Source: Methylorubrum extorquens (lineage in GTDB: Bacteria; Pseudomonadota; Alphaproteobacteria; Rhizobiales; Beijerinckiaceae). From it: DNA of 32,000 bases. Position 1 is the first letter of the stretch, and every line of letters begins with the position of its first letter. The DNA is taken from positions 540,001-572,000 of the forward strand of contig LT962688.1 of NCBI GenBank assembly GCA_900234795.1, in the 5' to 3' direction. The position numbers and the translations under genes were made by a program. Shown piece by piece: positions 8,480 through 17,436 of this stretch. The notes under the pieces are model-generated. The model saw only the letters and a list, made by a program, of their open reading frames with translations. It searched no databases and was not told where the DNA came from.

Positions 8480-10201
8480 ATGCGTCGTCCGGTGGGAAGG
8501 CGCGACAACACGCACGACCAATCGCCCGAGGATCGCGAGAGACCGATGACGCAAGCCTTCTCCCTCTCCCCCCGTGCCGGAACGGCCCGACTCTGCCTGG
8601 CCGGCCTCCTCTCCCTCACCGTGGGATTGGGGCCGGTGCTCGCCCAGCACGGCCCGGCGCAGGGTGACGGTCCCGGCCAAGCGCAGGGGAGGGGAACGGC
8701 GCAGGGCCAGCCGCGCAAGGCGCCGGAAGGACGCCGTCTGCCGCCGGACGCGGCCACCGAGCACAGCATCGATGGGCCGAACGGCCGCGCGCTCCCCTTC
8801 ACCGCCACCGCCGGAAGCCTCGCGCTGGTGGACGAGGAGGGCAAGCTTCAGTCCGAGATCGCCTTCATCGCCTACACCAAGGCGGGCAAGCCGGAGGAGG
8901 CCGCCGCCCGGCCGATCACCTTCGGCGTCAATGGCGGACCGGGCGCGGCCTCGGCCTATCTCAATATCGGTGCGATCGGCCCCTGGCGCCTGCCGACCGA
9001 CGGCGCCTCGATCAGCCCGTCGCAGACGATCGCGCTTCAGCCGAACCCGGCGACCTGGCTCGATTTCACCGATCTCGTCTTCATCGATCCCGTCGGCACG
9101 GGCTACAGCCGCGCGGCGGACGGCGACGGCAAGAAGTACTGGAGCGTCGATGCGGATGCCTCGGTGCTCGCCGCGGCCATCGCCCGCTATCTCCGCCAGA
9201 ACGACCGTCTCGCCTCGCCGAAATTCTTCGTCGGCGAGAGCTATGGCGGCTTCCGCGGGCCGCTGATCGCGCAGAAGCTGCAGCAGGATGTCGGCGTCGG
9301 CCTGTCGGGCCTCGTGCTGCTCTCCCCCGTGCTCGACTTCGCGTGGCTACAGCCGCCCCGCACCACGCCGTGGGGGTTTGTCACCAAACTCCCGTCGTTT
9401 GCCGCCGCGGCGCTGGAGCGCGCGGGCACGACACCGAGCCGCGAACTCATGAAGGAGGCCGAGGCCTACGCGTCCGGCGCTTATCTCACCGATCTCCTGA
9501 AAGGCCCGTCCGACCGGGCGGCGGTGGCGCGGCTCGCCGAGAGGGTCTCGGCGCTGACCGGCCTCGATCCGGAGACCGTGCGGCGCCAGGCCGGGCGACT
9601 CACCGCCCACAGCTACCAGCGCGAGATCGGGCGGGATGCTGGCCGTGTCGCCTCGGCCTACGACACCGGCGTGACCGGCTGGGACCCGGACCCGACCGCG
9701 CCGCAATCGAACTTCGAGGATCCGGTGCTCGACGCGCTGCAGGCGCCGCTCACCACCGCCATGGTGCAGCTTTATCAGGGCCGCCTCAACTGGCGTGTCG
9801 AGAACATGCGCTACGAGTTGCTCAACGGCGCGGTCAACCGCGGCTGGACCTGGGGCTCGGGCCGCTCGGCGCCGGAAGCGATGGGGGCCCTGAAGGACGC
9901 GCTGGCGCTCGACGGGCGGATGCGGGTGCTCGTCGCCCACGGCTTCACCGACCTCGTGACGCCCTACTTCACCTCGAAGATGCTGCTGGACCAGATGCCG
10001 GTCTACGGCTCGCCCGACCGCCTCAAGCTCTCGGTTTATCCCGGCGGTCACATGTTCTACACGCGGCCGGATTCGCGCAACGCCTTCCACGACGATGCCG
10101 CCGACCTGTTCGCCCGAGCGCTGGAGACCCGCTCCAACGGAAGCGCGAAGGGTGGAAGTGCGTCGGGCGCGACCATGCCGGAGAAGAGACCGACGCCTTG
10201 A
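8480..10201 (+). CDS. Peptidase S10-family serine carboxypeptidase, exported
   Basis: Contains the FVGESYGG active-site serine motif, GGPGAAS near the N-terminus and a C-terminal AHGFTDLVTP histidine region. A signal-like segment is LCLAGLLSLTVGLGPVLAQ. The start could be the ATG at 8480 or the ATG at 8546. Confidence 0.8.
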   Translation: MRRPVGRRDNTHDQSPEDRERPMTQAFSLSPRAGTARLCLAGLLSLTVGLGPVLAQHGPAQGDGPGQAQGRGTAQGQPRKAPEGRRLPPDAATEHSIDGPNGRALPFTATAGSLALVDEEGKLQSEIAFIAYTKAGKPEEAAARPITFGVNGGPGAASAYLNIGAIGPWRLPTDGASISPSQTIALQPNPATWLDFTDLVFIDPVGTGYSRAADGDGKKYWSVDADASVLAAAIARYLRQNDRLASPKFFVGESYGGFRGPLIAQKLQQDVGVGLSGLVLLSPVLDFAWLQPPRTTPWGFVTKLPSFAAAALERAGTTPSRELMKEAEAYASGAYLTDLLKGPSDRAAVARLAERVSALTGLDPETVRRQAGRLTAHSYQREIGRDAGRVASAYDTGVTGWDPDPTAPQSNFEDPVLDALQAPLTTAMVQLYQGRLNWRVENMRYELLNGAVNRGWTWGSGRSAPEAMGALKDALALDGRMRVLVAHGFTDLVTPYFTSKMLLDQMPVYGSPDRLKLSVYPGGHMFYTRPDSRNAFHDDAADLFARALETRSNGSAKGGSASGATMPEKRPTP

Positions 10202-10569
10202 GACTGCTTCTGGGACTTCTGCCCGCCCTGCTGCTGGCGGGCTGCAACACCGCGGAGCGCCGCGAACCGATCCCGCCGCCGCCGCCACCGAGCGCGGTGC
10301 TCCCCGCGATCCCGTCGGCGCCGGCCGCCGCGCTCGGCCCCGTGCTCGACGGCAACGGCGCCTGCACCGGCCCGGCGCCGGGCACGGCCGCCGCCATCCA
10401 AACCGGCATCGGCGAATGCGATCTCGTGCGGCTCAAGGGCCGCCCGCCCACCGACGTGCTGGTCGGCGAGGGCCGTTCCGGCCGCGAGGTGCAGGTGCTC
10501 TACACCGAGCCCGGCGCCAAGGAGCTGTATTTCTTCGTGAACAACCGCCTCGATCGTATCGTTCGTTAA
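10198..10569 (+). CDS. Lipoprotein (123 aa), no family recognised
   Basis: A TTG at 10198 overlaps the S10 stop (TTGA). (M)RLLLGLLPALLLAGC carries a lipobox, followed by a poly-Pro linker and a small Cys-containing domain. It is in frame with the tail of track ORF 9343..10569. Confidence 0.6.
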   Translation: MRLLLGLLPALLLAGCNTAERREPIPPPPPPSAVLPAIPSAPAAALGPVLDGNGACTGPAPGTAAAIQTGIGECDLVRLKGRPPTDVLVGEGRSGREVQVLYTEPGAKELYFFVNNRLDRIVR

Positions 10570-10638
10570 CGCACGAACCAATTGGGCCCGTGCTTGCTTC
10601 CATCCGGACCGGGTCGGACCCGGAAGGTGGGACGAGCG

Positions 10639-11766
10639 ATGGCACACGCGTACCGGTTCGGGATCGAGGAAGAGCTGTTCTTGGCCAACAGCCGCACCCG
10701 GGCGGCGCCCAGCGAGTCGGTCTCGGCCTTCCATAAGGCGGCGCGGAGCCGGCTGGAGGGCGTCGAGCGCGAGATGCTGGAGAGCCAAGCCGAGATCTGC
10801 TCCAAGCCCTCGGCGAGCTTCGATGAGACCCATGAGGCCCTGGCCAAGCTGCGCACCGGCCTGTGCGGCATCGGCCGCGAGCACGGCCTGAAGGTTTTCG
10901 CCGCCGGCACCCACCCGACCGCGATCTGGACCGACCAGCGCGAGACCGCCAAGGCCCGCTACCGCAAGATGATCGAGACGCTGCAGATGGTGGGCCGGCG
11001 CTCCATCGTCAGCGGCCTGCACGTCCATGTCGAGGTGCCCGAGCCGGACCAGCGCATCGACCTAATCAACCGGCTGATGCCGTTCCTGCCGGTGCTGCTC
11101 GCGCTCTCCACCTCCTCGCCCTTCTACGAGCGCCACCGCACCGGGCTCGCCGGCTACCGCCTGCGGGCCTATGCCGAGCTGCCGCGCACCGGCCTGCCGG
11201 AACTGTTCGACGGGGCCGACGACTTCGAGCGCTACGTGCGGGTGATGACGCGGGCGGGTGCCGTCGAGGACGCGACTTATTTCTGGTGGCACATCCGCCC
11301 GTCGATCCGTTACCCGACCCTGGAATTGCGGGTCGCCGACAGTTGCACCCGGCTCAAGGACACGCTGGCCATTGCCGCGCTCTACCGATGCCTCGTGCGG
11401 CTCTGCGTGCGCCGCCCGGAGCTGAACGCCCGGCCGACGGGCGCCTCGCGCGGCTTCGTCATGGAGAACCTGTGGCGGGCGCAGCGCGACGGCGTCCACG
11501 CCGTCCTGATCGATGAGGCGGCGGAGGAGGCGGTGCCGGTGCGACGCCTCGTCGAGCGCCTGCTCGACCTTGTGGCGGAGGATGCCGCGGCGTTGGGCTG
11601 CAACGCACAGATCGCACATGCCCTCACCATCACCGAATGCGGTTCCAGCGCGGACGGGCAGATCCGGGCCTACGAGGCCTCGCTCGCCGCGGGCGGCAGC
11701 GAGCGCAAGGCGCTGTCCGGCGTCATCGACTGGCTCGCCCGCGAGACCGCGAATTGCGAGGCGTGA
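10639..11766 (+). CDS. ybdK: Carboxylate-amine ligase, YbdK / glutamate-cysteine-ligase family 2
   Basis: The ATG at 10639 is preceded by GGAAGGTGG. FGIEEELFL, AAGTHP, SGLHVHVEV, LSTSSPF and WWHIRPS..YPTLELRVADS align motif for motif with E. coli YbdK. Confidence 0.85.
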   Translation: MAHAYRFGIEEELFLANSRTRAAPSESVSAFHKAARSRLEGVEREMLESQAEICSKPSASFDETHEALAKLRTGLCGIGREHGLKVFAAGTHPTAIWTDQRETAKARYRKMIETLQMVGRRSIVSGLHVHVEVPEPDQRIDLINRLMPFLPVLLALSTSSPFYERHRTGLAGYRLRAYAELPRTGLPELFDGADDFERYVRVMTRAGAVEDATYFWWHIRPSIRYPTLELRVADSCTRLKDTLAIAALYRCLVRLCVRRPELNARPTGASRGFVMENLWRAQRDGVHAVLIDEAAEEAVPVRRLVERLLDLVAEDAAALGCNAQIAHALTITECGSSADGQIRAYEASLAAGGSERKALSGVIDWLARETANCEA

Positions 11767-11849
11767 CGGCGCGCCTCCGGCTCCGCCAGGAACATCGAAC
11801 GCCCGCTCCGGTTGCTCCGACAGGTCCGATTCTGTCCTAGGAGACTTCC

Positions 11850-12395
11850 ATGAGAACGACACTCACTGCCGCCGCCTGCCTGCTCCTGCTGGGCGCGGCG
11901 GGGATGCCGGCCCATGCGCAATCGGTCGGCGAGAAGACCGGTGTGAACTCGCTGATGGGCGTCGCCCCCACGGCTCAGGACTTCGTCACGCAAGCCGTCA
12001 TCAGCGACATGTTCGAGGATCAGACGAGCAAGCTCGCCCTGGAGAAGGCCGACGAGAAGACCAAAGCCTTCGCCAAGAAAATGATCGAGGACCACAAGAA
12101 GACCTCGGACGAGCTGAAATCCGTCGTTCAGACCGGCGACATGAAGCTCAACCTTCCGACCGCCCTGGATTCGGCCCACCAGAGCAAGCTCGACAAGCTC
12201 AAGAGCCTGAGCGGCAACGACTTCACGAAGCAGTATCACGACGATCAGGTGACGGCGCACAAGAACGCCACCGACCTCTACAAGCGCTACGCCGAGAGCG
12301 GCGACAACGCGGCGCTCAAGGCCTTCGCCATCAAGACGAAGCCGCATCTCGATGAGCACCTGAAGATGGCTCAGGACCTCGACAACAAGAAGTAG
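11850..12395 (+). CDS. DUF4142-domain periplasmic protein
   Basis: AGGAG lies 6 nt upstream of the ATG. The signal peptide ends AHA|QS. The helical repeats (DFVTQAVISDMFEDQTSKLALEK...MIEDHKKTSDEL...FTKQYHDDQVTAHKNA) are typical of DUF4142. Confidence 0.75.
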   Translation: MRTTLTAAACLLLLGAAGMPAHAQSVGEKTGVNSLMGVAPTAQDFVTQAVISDMFEDQTSKLALEKADEKTKAFAKKMIEDHKKTSDELKSVVQTGDMKLNLPTALDSAHQSKLDKLKSLSGNDFTKQYHDDQVTAHKNATDLYKRYAESGDNAALKAFAIKTKPHLDEHLKMAQDLDNKK

Positions 12396-12503
12396 TCTTT
12401 TCGCGTTTTCGGGCGGCGCTCCTCGGTGAGTGCCGCTCAGCCGGCGGCATCTTCAGCACGGGCTATCAGACCACAACCTCACCCTGAGGTGCCGGAATGG
12501 AAG

Positions 12504-12520
12504 AGGGGCGCTCGGCCCCT
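12504..12520. terminator. Short GC hairpin (AGGGGC-n5-GCCCCT) between convergent genes
   Basis: 6-bp stem read from the sequence, immediately downstream of the aldolase stop at 12526. No clear U-tract. Confidence 0.25.
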
Positions 12521-12525
12521 GACCA

Positions 12526-13569
12526 TCAAACCCTTTGCATGAACGCCGCGGCCTTCGCGCGGATCACCTCGGCCGCCCGGTCGATGCCCGCGCGATCCAC
12601 GTCGAGATTGGCGGTCGCACGGATCTGATGCGCTCCGATCGCCCGCACTCGCACCCCATCTTCGAGACAGGCGCTCGCGAAGGCCGAGGCGGTGATGCCC
12701 AAGGCCTCCACCGTGAAGCACAGGATGTTCGACTGCCCCGCCGTCGGGTCGAAGGCCAGGCCCGGCACGTCGGCGATCGCCCGGTGCAGCCGGCCGGCAT
12801 TGGCGTTGTCCTCGGCAAGCTGGGTCATGTGGTGGTCGAGGGCGTAGAGCCCCGCTGCCGCCAGCACGCCCGACTGGCGCATCGCGCCGCCGAGCCGGTA
12901 CTTCCACTGCCACGCTTGGTCGATGAAATCCCGCGTGCCGGACAGGACCGCCCCGACCGGGCAACCGAGCCCCTTGCTGAGATCGATCCAGACACTGTCG
13001 AAGCCGGCCGCATATTCCGCCGCCGAGAGGCCGGTGGCGACCACCGCGTTGAGCAGGCGCGCCCCGTCGATATGCGCCTTCAGGCCGCGCGCCTGGGCGT
13101 AGTCGCGGATCAGGCGCATCTCGCCGATGTCCCAGACCGTCCCGCCGGAAAAGCTCGTCGTCTGCTCGATCGAGACCAGCCGCGAGCGCGGTGCCGTGCG
13201 CTGCGGAACCCGGATCGCCGCCTCGACCTGGGCCAGGGTGAACAGCCCGACCCGCGTCGGCAGCGCCTTCACCGAGACGCCGCCGATCGCGGCGGAGCCG
13301 GCGGCCTCGGTGTTGTAGATGTGGGACTGGTCATCGACGATGATCTCGTCGCCGGGCCGGCAATGGACGAGGATCGAGGCGAGGTTGCACATCGTGCCCG
13401 AGGGCATGAATACGGCCGCCTCCTGACCGAGCATCTCCGCCACGCGCTCGCACAGGGCATTGGTGGTCGGATCGGAATTCGACTGCTCGTCGCCGACCTC
13501 GGCCCGCGCCATGGCCTCGCGCATGCCCGGCGTCGGGCGCGTCTGGGTGTCGCTGAACAGATCGATCAT
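12526..13569 (-). CDS. ltaE: Low-specificity L-threonine aldolase family PLP enzyme
   Basis: MIDLFSDTQTRPTPGMREAM...GDE...DPT.NAL...HIDGARLLNA...IDLSKGLGCPVG...GGAMRQSGVLAAAG is collinear with E. coli LtaE, including the PLP lysine in SKGLG. Confidence 0.85.
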   Translation of the reverse strand: MIDLFSDTQTRPTPGMREAMARAEVGDEQSNSDPTTNALCERVAEMLGQEAAVFMPSGTMCNLASILVHCRPGDEIIVDDQSHIYNTEAAGSAAIGGVSVKALPTRVGLFTLAQVEAAIRVPQRTAPRSRLVSIEQTTSFSGGTVWDIGEMRLIRDYAQARGLKAHIDGARLLNAVVATGLSAAEYAAGFDSVWIDLSKGLGCPVGAVLSGTRDFIDQAWQWKYRLGGAMRQSGVLAAAGLYALDHHMTQLAEDNANAGRLHRAIADVPGLAFDPTAGQSNILCFTVEALGITASAFASACLEDGVRVRAIGAHQIRATANLDVDRAGIDRAAEVIRAKAAAFMQRV

Positions 13570-13791
13570 GGCGCATCCTTCCTTGCGGGCCCCGTCCGCT
13601 TGGTCCCGCCACCACGCTCCGCTGCAAGGGGCTCCCGCGGCGCTCCTGAATGCATGAAAAATTCAATCACTCGCAAGCCGTCCCGCGCGCCGTTGCGATG
13701 GTCGCCTTTCGCAGGTTCGGAACTTTCCGTGTGGCTCACGAAGCTGGGAACGGCGCCGTATCTCGACAGGCGGTAGCCGCAAGTCTAGAAA

Positions 13792-13812
13792 TTGCGACGC
13801 GTAGTTTCGCAT
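13792..13812 (+). promoter_or_regulatory. Imperfect inverted repeat TTGCGA-n9-TCGCAT 22 nt upstream of the GntR-family gene (candidate operator)
   Basis: Read directly from the sequence in an AT-rich patch (gaaaTTGCGAcgcgtagttTCGCATttaaaatt). Function is inferred only from its position in front of a regulator gene. Confidence 0.2.
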
Positions 13813-13833
13813 TTAAAATTCTTTGAGAGCTCG

Positions 13834-14526
13834 ATGAATAGAATTGAGCCCAGTATCGGGATCAGCCGTCGCTACCTTCATGACGAGGTGGCGGACCGGA
13901 TGCGTGAATTGATCAACGAAGGCGAACTCGAGCCGCGTGCGCGCGTCAACGAGAGCGAGTTGACCGAACGGTTCGGAATTTCGCGCACGCCGCTGCGCGA
14001 GGCGATCAAGATCCTGGCGACTGAAGGCCTTCTGGAGCTGCTGCCCAATCGCGGCGCCCGGGTCGCGAGCATCTCCCCCGACGAGCTGGAGGAGATGATC
14101 GAGGTCATCGCCGGGCTCGAAGCGACCGCCTGCGACCTCGCCTGCCGGACGATCACCGACGAGGAACTGGCGGAGATCGAGGCGAAGCATCAGGCGATGA
14201 TGGCGGCGTGGCAGGCGCGCGACGAGACGAGCTACTTCCGCCTGAATCGCGAAATCCACGAGGCGATCATGCTGGCGAGCCGCAACACCAAGTTGCGCAG
14301 CCTGTATCTGGGTCTCACCGGCCGGATTCAGCGCTCCCGCTACAGTGCCCACCAGACCGAGGCGCAGTGGGCCCAGGCGGTCGAGGAGCACGAGCGCATG
14401 ATTCCGCTGCTCCGCGCCCGTCAGGGCGAGGAACTCGCCGGGCTGATGCGCCGGCATATCCGCTCGAAGAAACCCGTGATCGCGGCGATCTACGGCGAAG
14501 AGGGGACCGAGGCGTCGCCCCGCTAG
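13834..14526 (+). CDS. GntR-family transcriptional regulator (FadR/FCD-type C-terminal domain)
   Basis: The winged-HTH ESELTERFGISRTPLREAIKILATEGLLE is followed by a helical FCD-like domain (FRLNREIHEAI...). I prefer the ATG at 13834 to the track TTG at 13792. Confidence 0.85.
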   Translation: MNRIEPSIGISRRYLHDEVADRMRELINEGELEPRARVNESELTERFGISRTPLREAIKILATEGLLELLPNRGARVASISPDELEEMIEVIAGLEATACDLACRTITDEELAEIEAKHQAMMAAWQARDETSYFRLNREIHEAIMLASRNTKLRSLYLGLTGRIQRSRYSAHQTEAQWAQAVEEHERMIPLLRARQGEELAGLMRRHIRSKKPVIAAIYGEEGTEASPR

Positions 14527-14557
14527 AGCGCTTTCCGACGAAGTGGACGCCGCAAGC

Positions 14558-15385
14558 TCAGCGCCCTTTGAAGCTCGGCGGGCGCTTGCCCAGGAAGGCT
14601 TCCATGCCCTCCCGGAAATCCTCGCTCATATATAGGTCATCACGATCAGGTCGTCGCCGGGCCGCTCGCCCTCGGCGGCCTCCGCCGCGCCCTCCTCGCC
14701 GATGCGGCGCAGGCCTTCCTTGGTGGCCTGGAGGGTGAGGGGGCGCGTGGCTCGCGAGCAGGGTGGCCAGCGCATCCGCTCGGGCCGCGACGGCCGCGGC
14801 ATCCTCGACCACCTCGTTGACGAGACCGATCGCCAGAGCCTCCTGCGCCTCGACGAGCCGAGCGGTGAACAGAATGTCCTTCACGCGCGGCGCGCCGATG
14901 AGGTTCGCCAGCCGCCTCAGGGTGTTCTGCGAGAGGCAATTGCCGAGCGTGCGGGCGATGGGGATGCCGAAGCGGGCGTCGCGGCTGGCGATGCGCATGT
15001 CGCAGGCCGCAGCGATGGCCGCGCCACCGCCGGTGCAGGCGCCGGCAACCGCCGCGATGGTCGGCACCCGCAGACGCTCCAGGCCGCCGAGCACCCGGTC
15101 CATGAAGCGCTCGTAGCCGATCGCGTCCTCCGGTTTGCTGAAGCTGCGGAACTGGGCGATGTCGGTGCCCGCCGCGAACGCCTTGTCCCCGGCGCCGGTG
15201 ATGATCACCGCCTTGATCGCGTGGTCCGCCTCGATCCGCTCGCACAGCTCCACCAGCCCGCGATACATCGCGAAGGTCAGTGCATTGCGCGCCTTCGGCC
15301 GGTTGAGAGTGATGCGGGCGATGCCCGCCGCATCCACCGCGAAGAGCAGTTCATCGGTCGAAGCGGTCTCGGCGTCAGCGTTCAT
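14558..15385 (-). CDS. Enoyl-CoA hydratase/isomerase (crotonase) family protein; ORF intact but about 37 internal codons are read out of frame (see findings)
   Basis: ITLNRPKARNAL, ITGAGDKAFAAGTDI, AAVAGACTGGGAAIAAACD and the C-terminal SEDFREGMEAFLGKRPPSF are crotonase hallmarks. The ATG at 15385 is preceded by GAGGAA. The gene lies 23 nt downstream of the CoA-transferase gene. Confidence 0.8.
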   Translation of the reverse strand: MNADAETASTDELLFAVDAAGIARITLNRPKARNALTFAMYRGLVELCERIEADHAIKAVIITGAGDKAFAAGTDIAQFRSFSKPEDAIGYERFMDRVLGGLERLRVPTIAAVAGACTGGGAAIAAACDMRIASRDARFGIPIARTLGNCLSQNTLRRLANLIGAPRVKDILFTARLVEAQEALAIGLVNEVVEDAAAVAARADALATLLASHAPPHPPGHQGRPAPHRRGGRGGGRRGRAARRRPDRDDLYMSEDFREGMEAFLGKRPPSFKGR

Positions 15386-15408
15386 GGGGCGGTTCCTCGT
15401 CAAGCGTC

Positions 15409-16629
15409 TCAGGCCGTCGTCTCGCGCACGACGCCCCGGGCGATCAGATCGTCGATCGCCGCCCCGTCATAGCCGGCTTGGGCCAGGATGGCGCGGCTGT
15501 GTTCGCCCAGCAGCGGCGCGGGGCCGTGCACCCGCCCCGGCGTCGCCGAGAATTTGACCGGCAGGCCGAGCGTGCTCATCCACCCGGCGCGGGCGTGCTC
15601 GACCTCGACCACCATCTCGCGGGCACGCGTCTGGGGATCGGCCTGCATCGCGAGCACGTCGAGCACGGGTCCGGCCGGCACGCCGCCGGCTTCCAGCCGC
15701 GCGAGCCAATCGGCGGAGGGCGCGGTGCGGAAATGCGGGGCCAGCGCCTGGGCCAAAGCCGCGCGGTTCGCCATGCGGTCACGGTTGGCCGAAAAGCGCG
15801 AATCGGCAGCGAGATCCTCAGCGCCGAGCACCGCGAGCAGGCGCAGCCAGTTGGTCTGGTTGGCCGCGCCGATGGTGATCCAGCCGTCTGCCGTCTCGAA
15901 CGCCTCGTAGGGCGCGTTCAGCGGATGGGCCGAGCCCATCGGCCCCGGTGCGACGCCGGTCGCCATGGCGATGGCCGATTGCCAGTAGGTGAGGGTGATG
16001 CCGGCCTCGAATAGCGAGGTATCGACGACCTGACCCTCGCCGGTCTTCAGCTTGTGGACATGGGCGGCCAGCACGCCCATCGCCGCCAGGATGCCGGCGG
16101 TGATGTCGGTCACCGGCGGGCCGCACTTCATCGGCGGCCGGCCCGGCCCCTCGCCGGTGATGCTCATCAGCCCGCTCATGCCCTGCGCCACGAGGTCGAA
16201 GCCCGCGCGCTCGGCATAGGGGCCCGAACGGCCGAAGCCCGAGAGCGAGCAATAGACCAGCCCCGGAAACTCTCGGGCGAGGACATCGTAGCCGAGGCCG
16301 AGCCGCTCCATCGTGCCGGCGCGGTAGTTCTCGATCAGCACGTCGGCGTCGGCGAGCAGGCGCCGCAGCACCGCCTTGCCGTCCGCGCTCTTGAGGTCGA
16401 GGGCGATCCCGCGCTTGCCGCGGTTCATCATCATGTAGGCGGCGCTCTCGCCCTCGATCGCGGGCGGCACCGAACGGCGGGTGTCGTCGCCACCCTCGAT
16501 CTTCTCGACCTTGATGACCTCGGCGCCCATGTCGCCGAGCATCAGCCCACAGACCGGTCCGGCCATGATGTGGGCGAGTTCGATGACCTTCACGCCGGCC
16601 AGCGGCCCGGACTTCGCGGCTTCCGTCAT
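15409..16629 (-). CDS. Family III CoA-transferase (CaiB/BaiF family)
   Basis: 406 aa. LAGVKVIELAHIMAGPVCGLMLGDMGAEVIKVE, ENYRAG, GFDLVAQGMSGLMSITG and NAPYEAF are typical of the family. Confidence 0.9.
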   Translation of the reverse strand: MTEAAKSGPLAGVKVIELAHIMAGPVCGLMLGDMGAEVIKVEKIEGGDDTRRSVPPAIEGESAAYMMMNRGKRGIALDLKSADGKAVLRRLLADADVLIENYRAGTMERLGLGYDVLAREFPGLVYCSLSGFGRSGPYAERAGFDLVAQGMSGLMSITGEGPGRPPMKCGPPVTDITAGILAAMGVLAAHVHKLKTGEGQVVDTSLFEAGITLTYWQSAIAMATGVAPGPMGSAHPLNAPYEAFETADGWITIGAANQTNWLRLLAVLGAEDLAADSRFSANRDRMANRAALAQALAPHFRTAPSADWLARLEAGGVPAGPVLDVLAMQADPQTRAREMVVEVEHARAGWMSTLGLPVKFSATPGRVHGPAPLLGEHSRAILAQAGYDGAAIDDLIARGVVRETTA

Positions 16630-16968
16630 CGAGCCGCCTCAGCCGTGCCGACCGGTCGAGGCACACGCACAACGCGAATCGAAAGCTGGCGAAGAGCCCA
16701 TCACATCCATCCTCCCTTCGAGGGCCGGCGACCCCCCTCATGCGGCGCTGGGGCCGCGTGACGGATCAGCGATCACTCGCATTTTGAATTGATTTTACGG
16801 ACTCGATTGCCGGAGAGGCAACCGGTTTTGAATGCGATTTGCTGAGCGTGAGCGAAACAGCGGGGGTGTTCGACGCGCGCGATGGAACGCGCGGGCCGGC
16901 TCCCGGTTGTCGGCGAAAGCGTGGCCGTCGGAATGTCTCCCTTTCGGCCCTGTGGAGCGGAGGGATCG

Positions 16969-17436
16969 ATGCGCGGGTTGAGCACGGCACTGGGGATTGC
17001 GGCGGCCCTCGCCGTGACGGCAGCGAGCATCGCTCCGGCGGAGGCGTCCTGCGCCCGCCGCATCATCAACAAATCCGGCTACATCGCCCTCGTCAGCCGC
17101 GACGGCGGCCCCTGGGTGGCGGTACGGCCGCACCGCTCGCAAACGATCCAGTACCATCACTCCGGCCGCATCGACGTGGCGTTGACCTGCGGACCGGGCG
17201 CTCTGCCGGAGCAGGCGGCCTACCGGGCGAGCTACGACACAGTGGCGATCATCGACCGCTGCTACATCCGCTTCGGCGACGGCTTCTTCGAGGAGCAGCT
17301 CGGCGGCGGCTTCATCGGCCGGAAGGATACGGGGCCGCTTGCCCTTAACAATCCGCGCCAGGGCGACCTCGTGGTCGGTCCGCAGGCCGGCGCCTGCCCG
17401 GCGATGGAGCGCGGTGCCATCCGGGCCCGTTATTAG
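16969..17436 (+). CDS. Hypothetical exported protein (155 aa)
   Basis: The ATG at 16969 is preceded by GGAGGGA. The signal peptide is [26 protein letters not shown]|S. The mature part carries 4 Cys. No family recognised. Confidence 0.5.
   Translation: MRGLSTALGIAAALAVTAASIAPAEASCARRIINKSGYIALVSRDGGPWVAVRPHRSQTIQYHHSGRIDVALTCGPGALPEQAAYRASYDTVAIIDRCYIRFGDGFFEEQLGGGFIGRKDTGPLALNNPRQGDLVVGPQAGACPAMERGAIRARY

Noticed and set aside
10255-10300. CCG/GCC-rich reiterations (cgccgccgccgccaccg) that look like a tandem repeat
   Set aside because: This is simply the coding sequence for a poly-proline linker (PIPPPPPPS) in the lipoprotein. It is not a spaced-repeat array or a VNTR of notable length.
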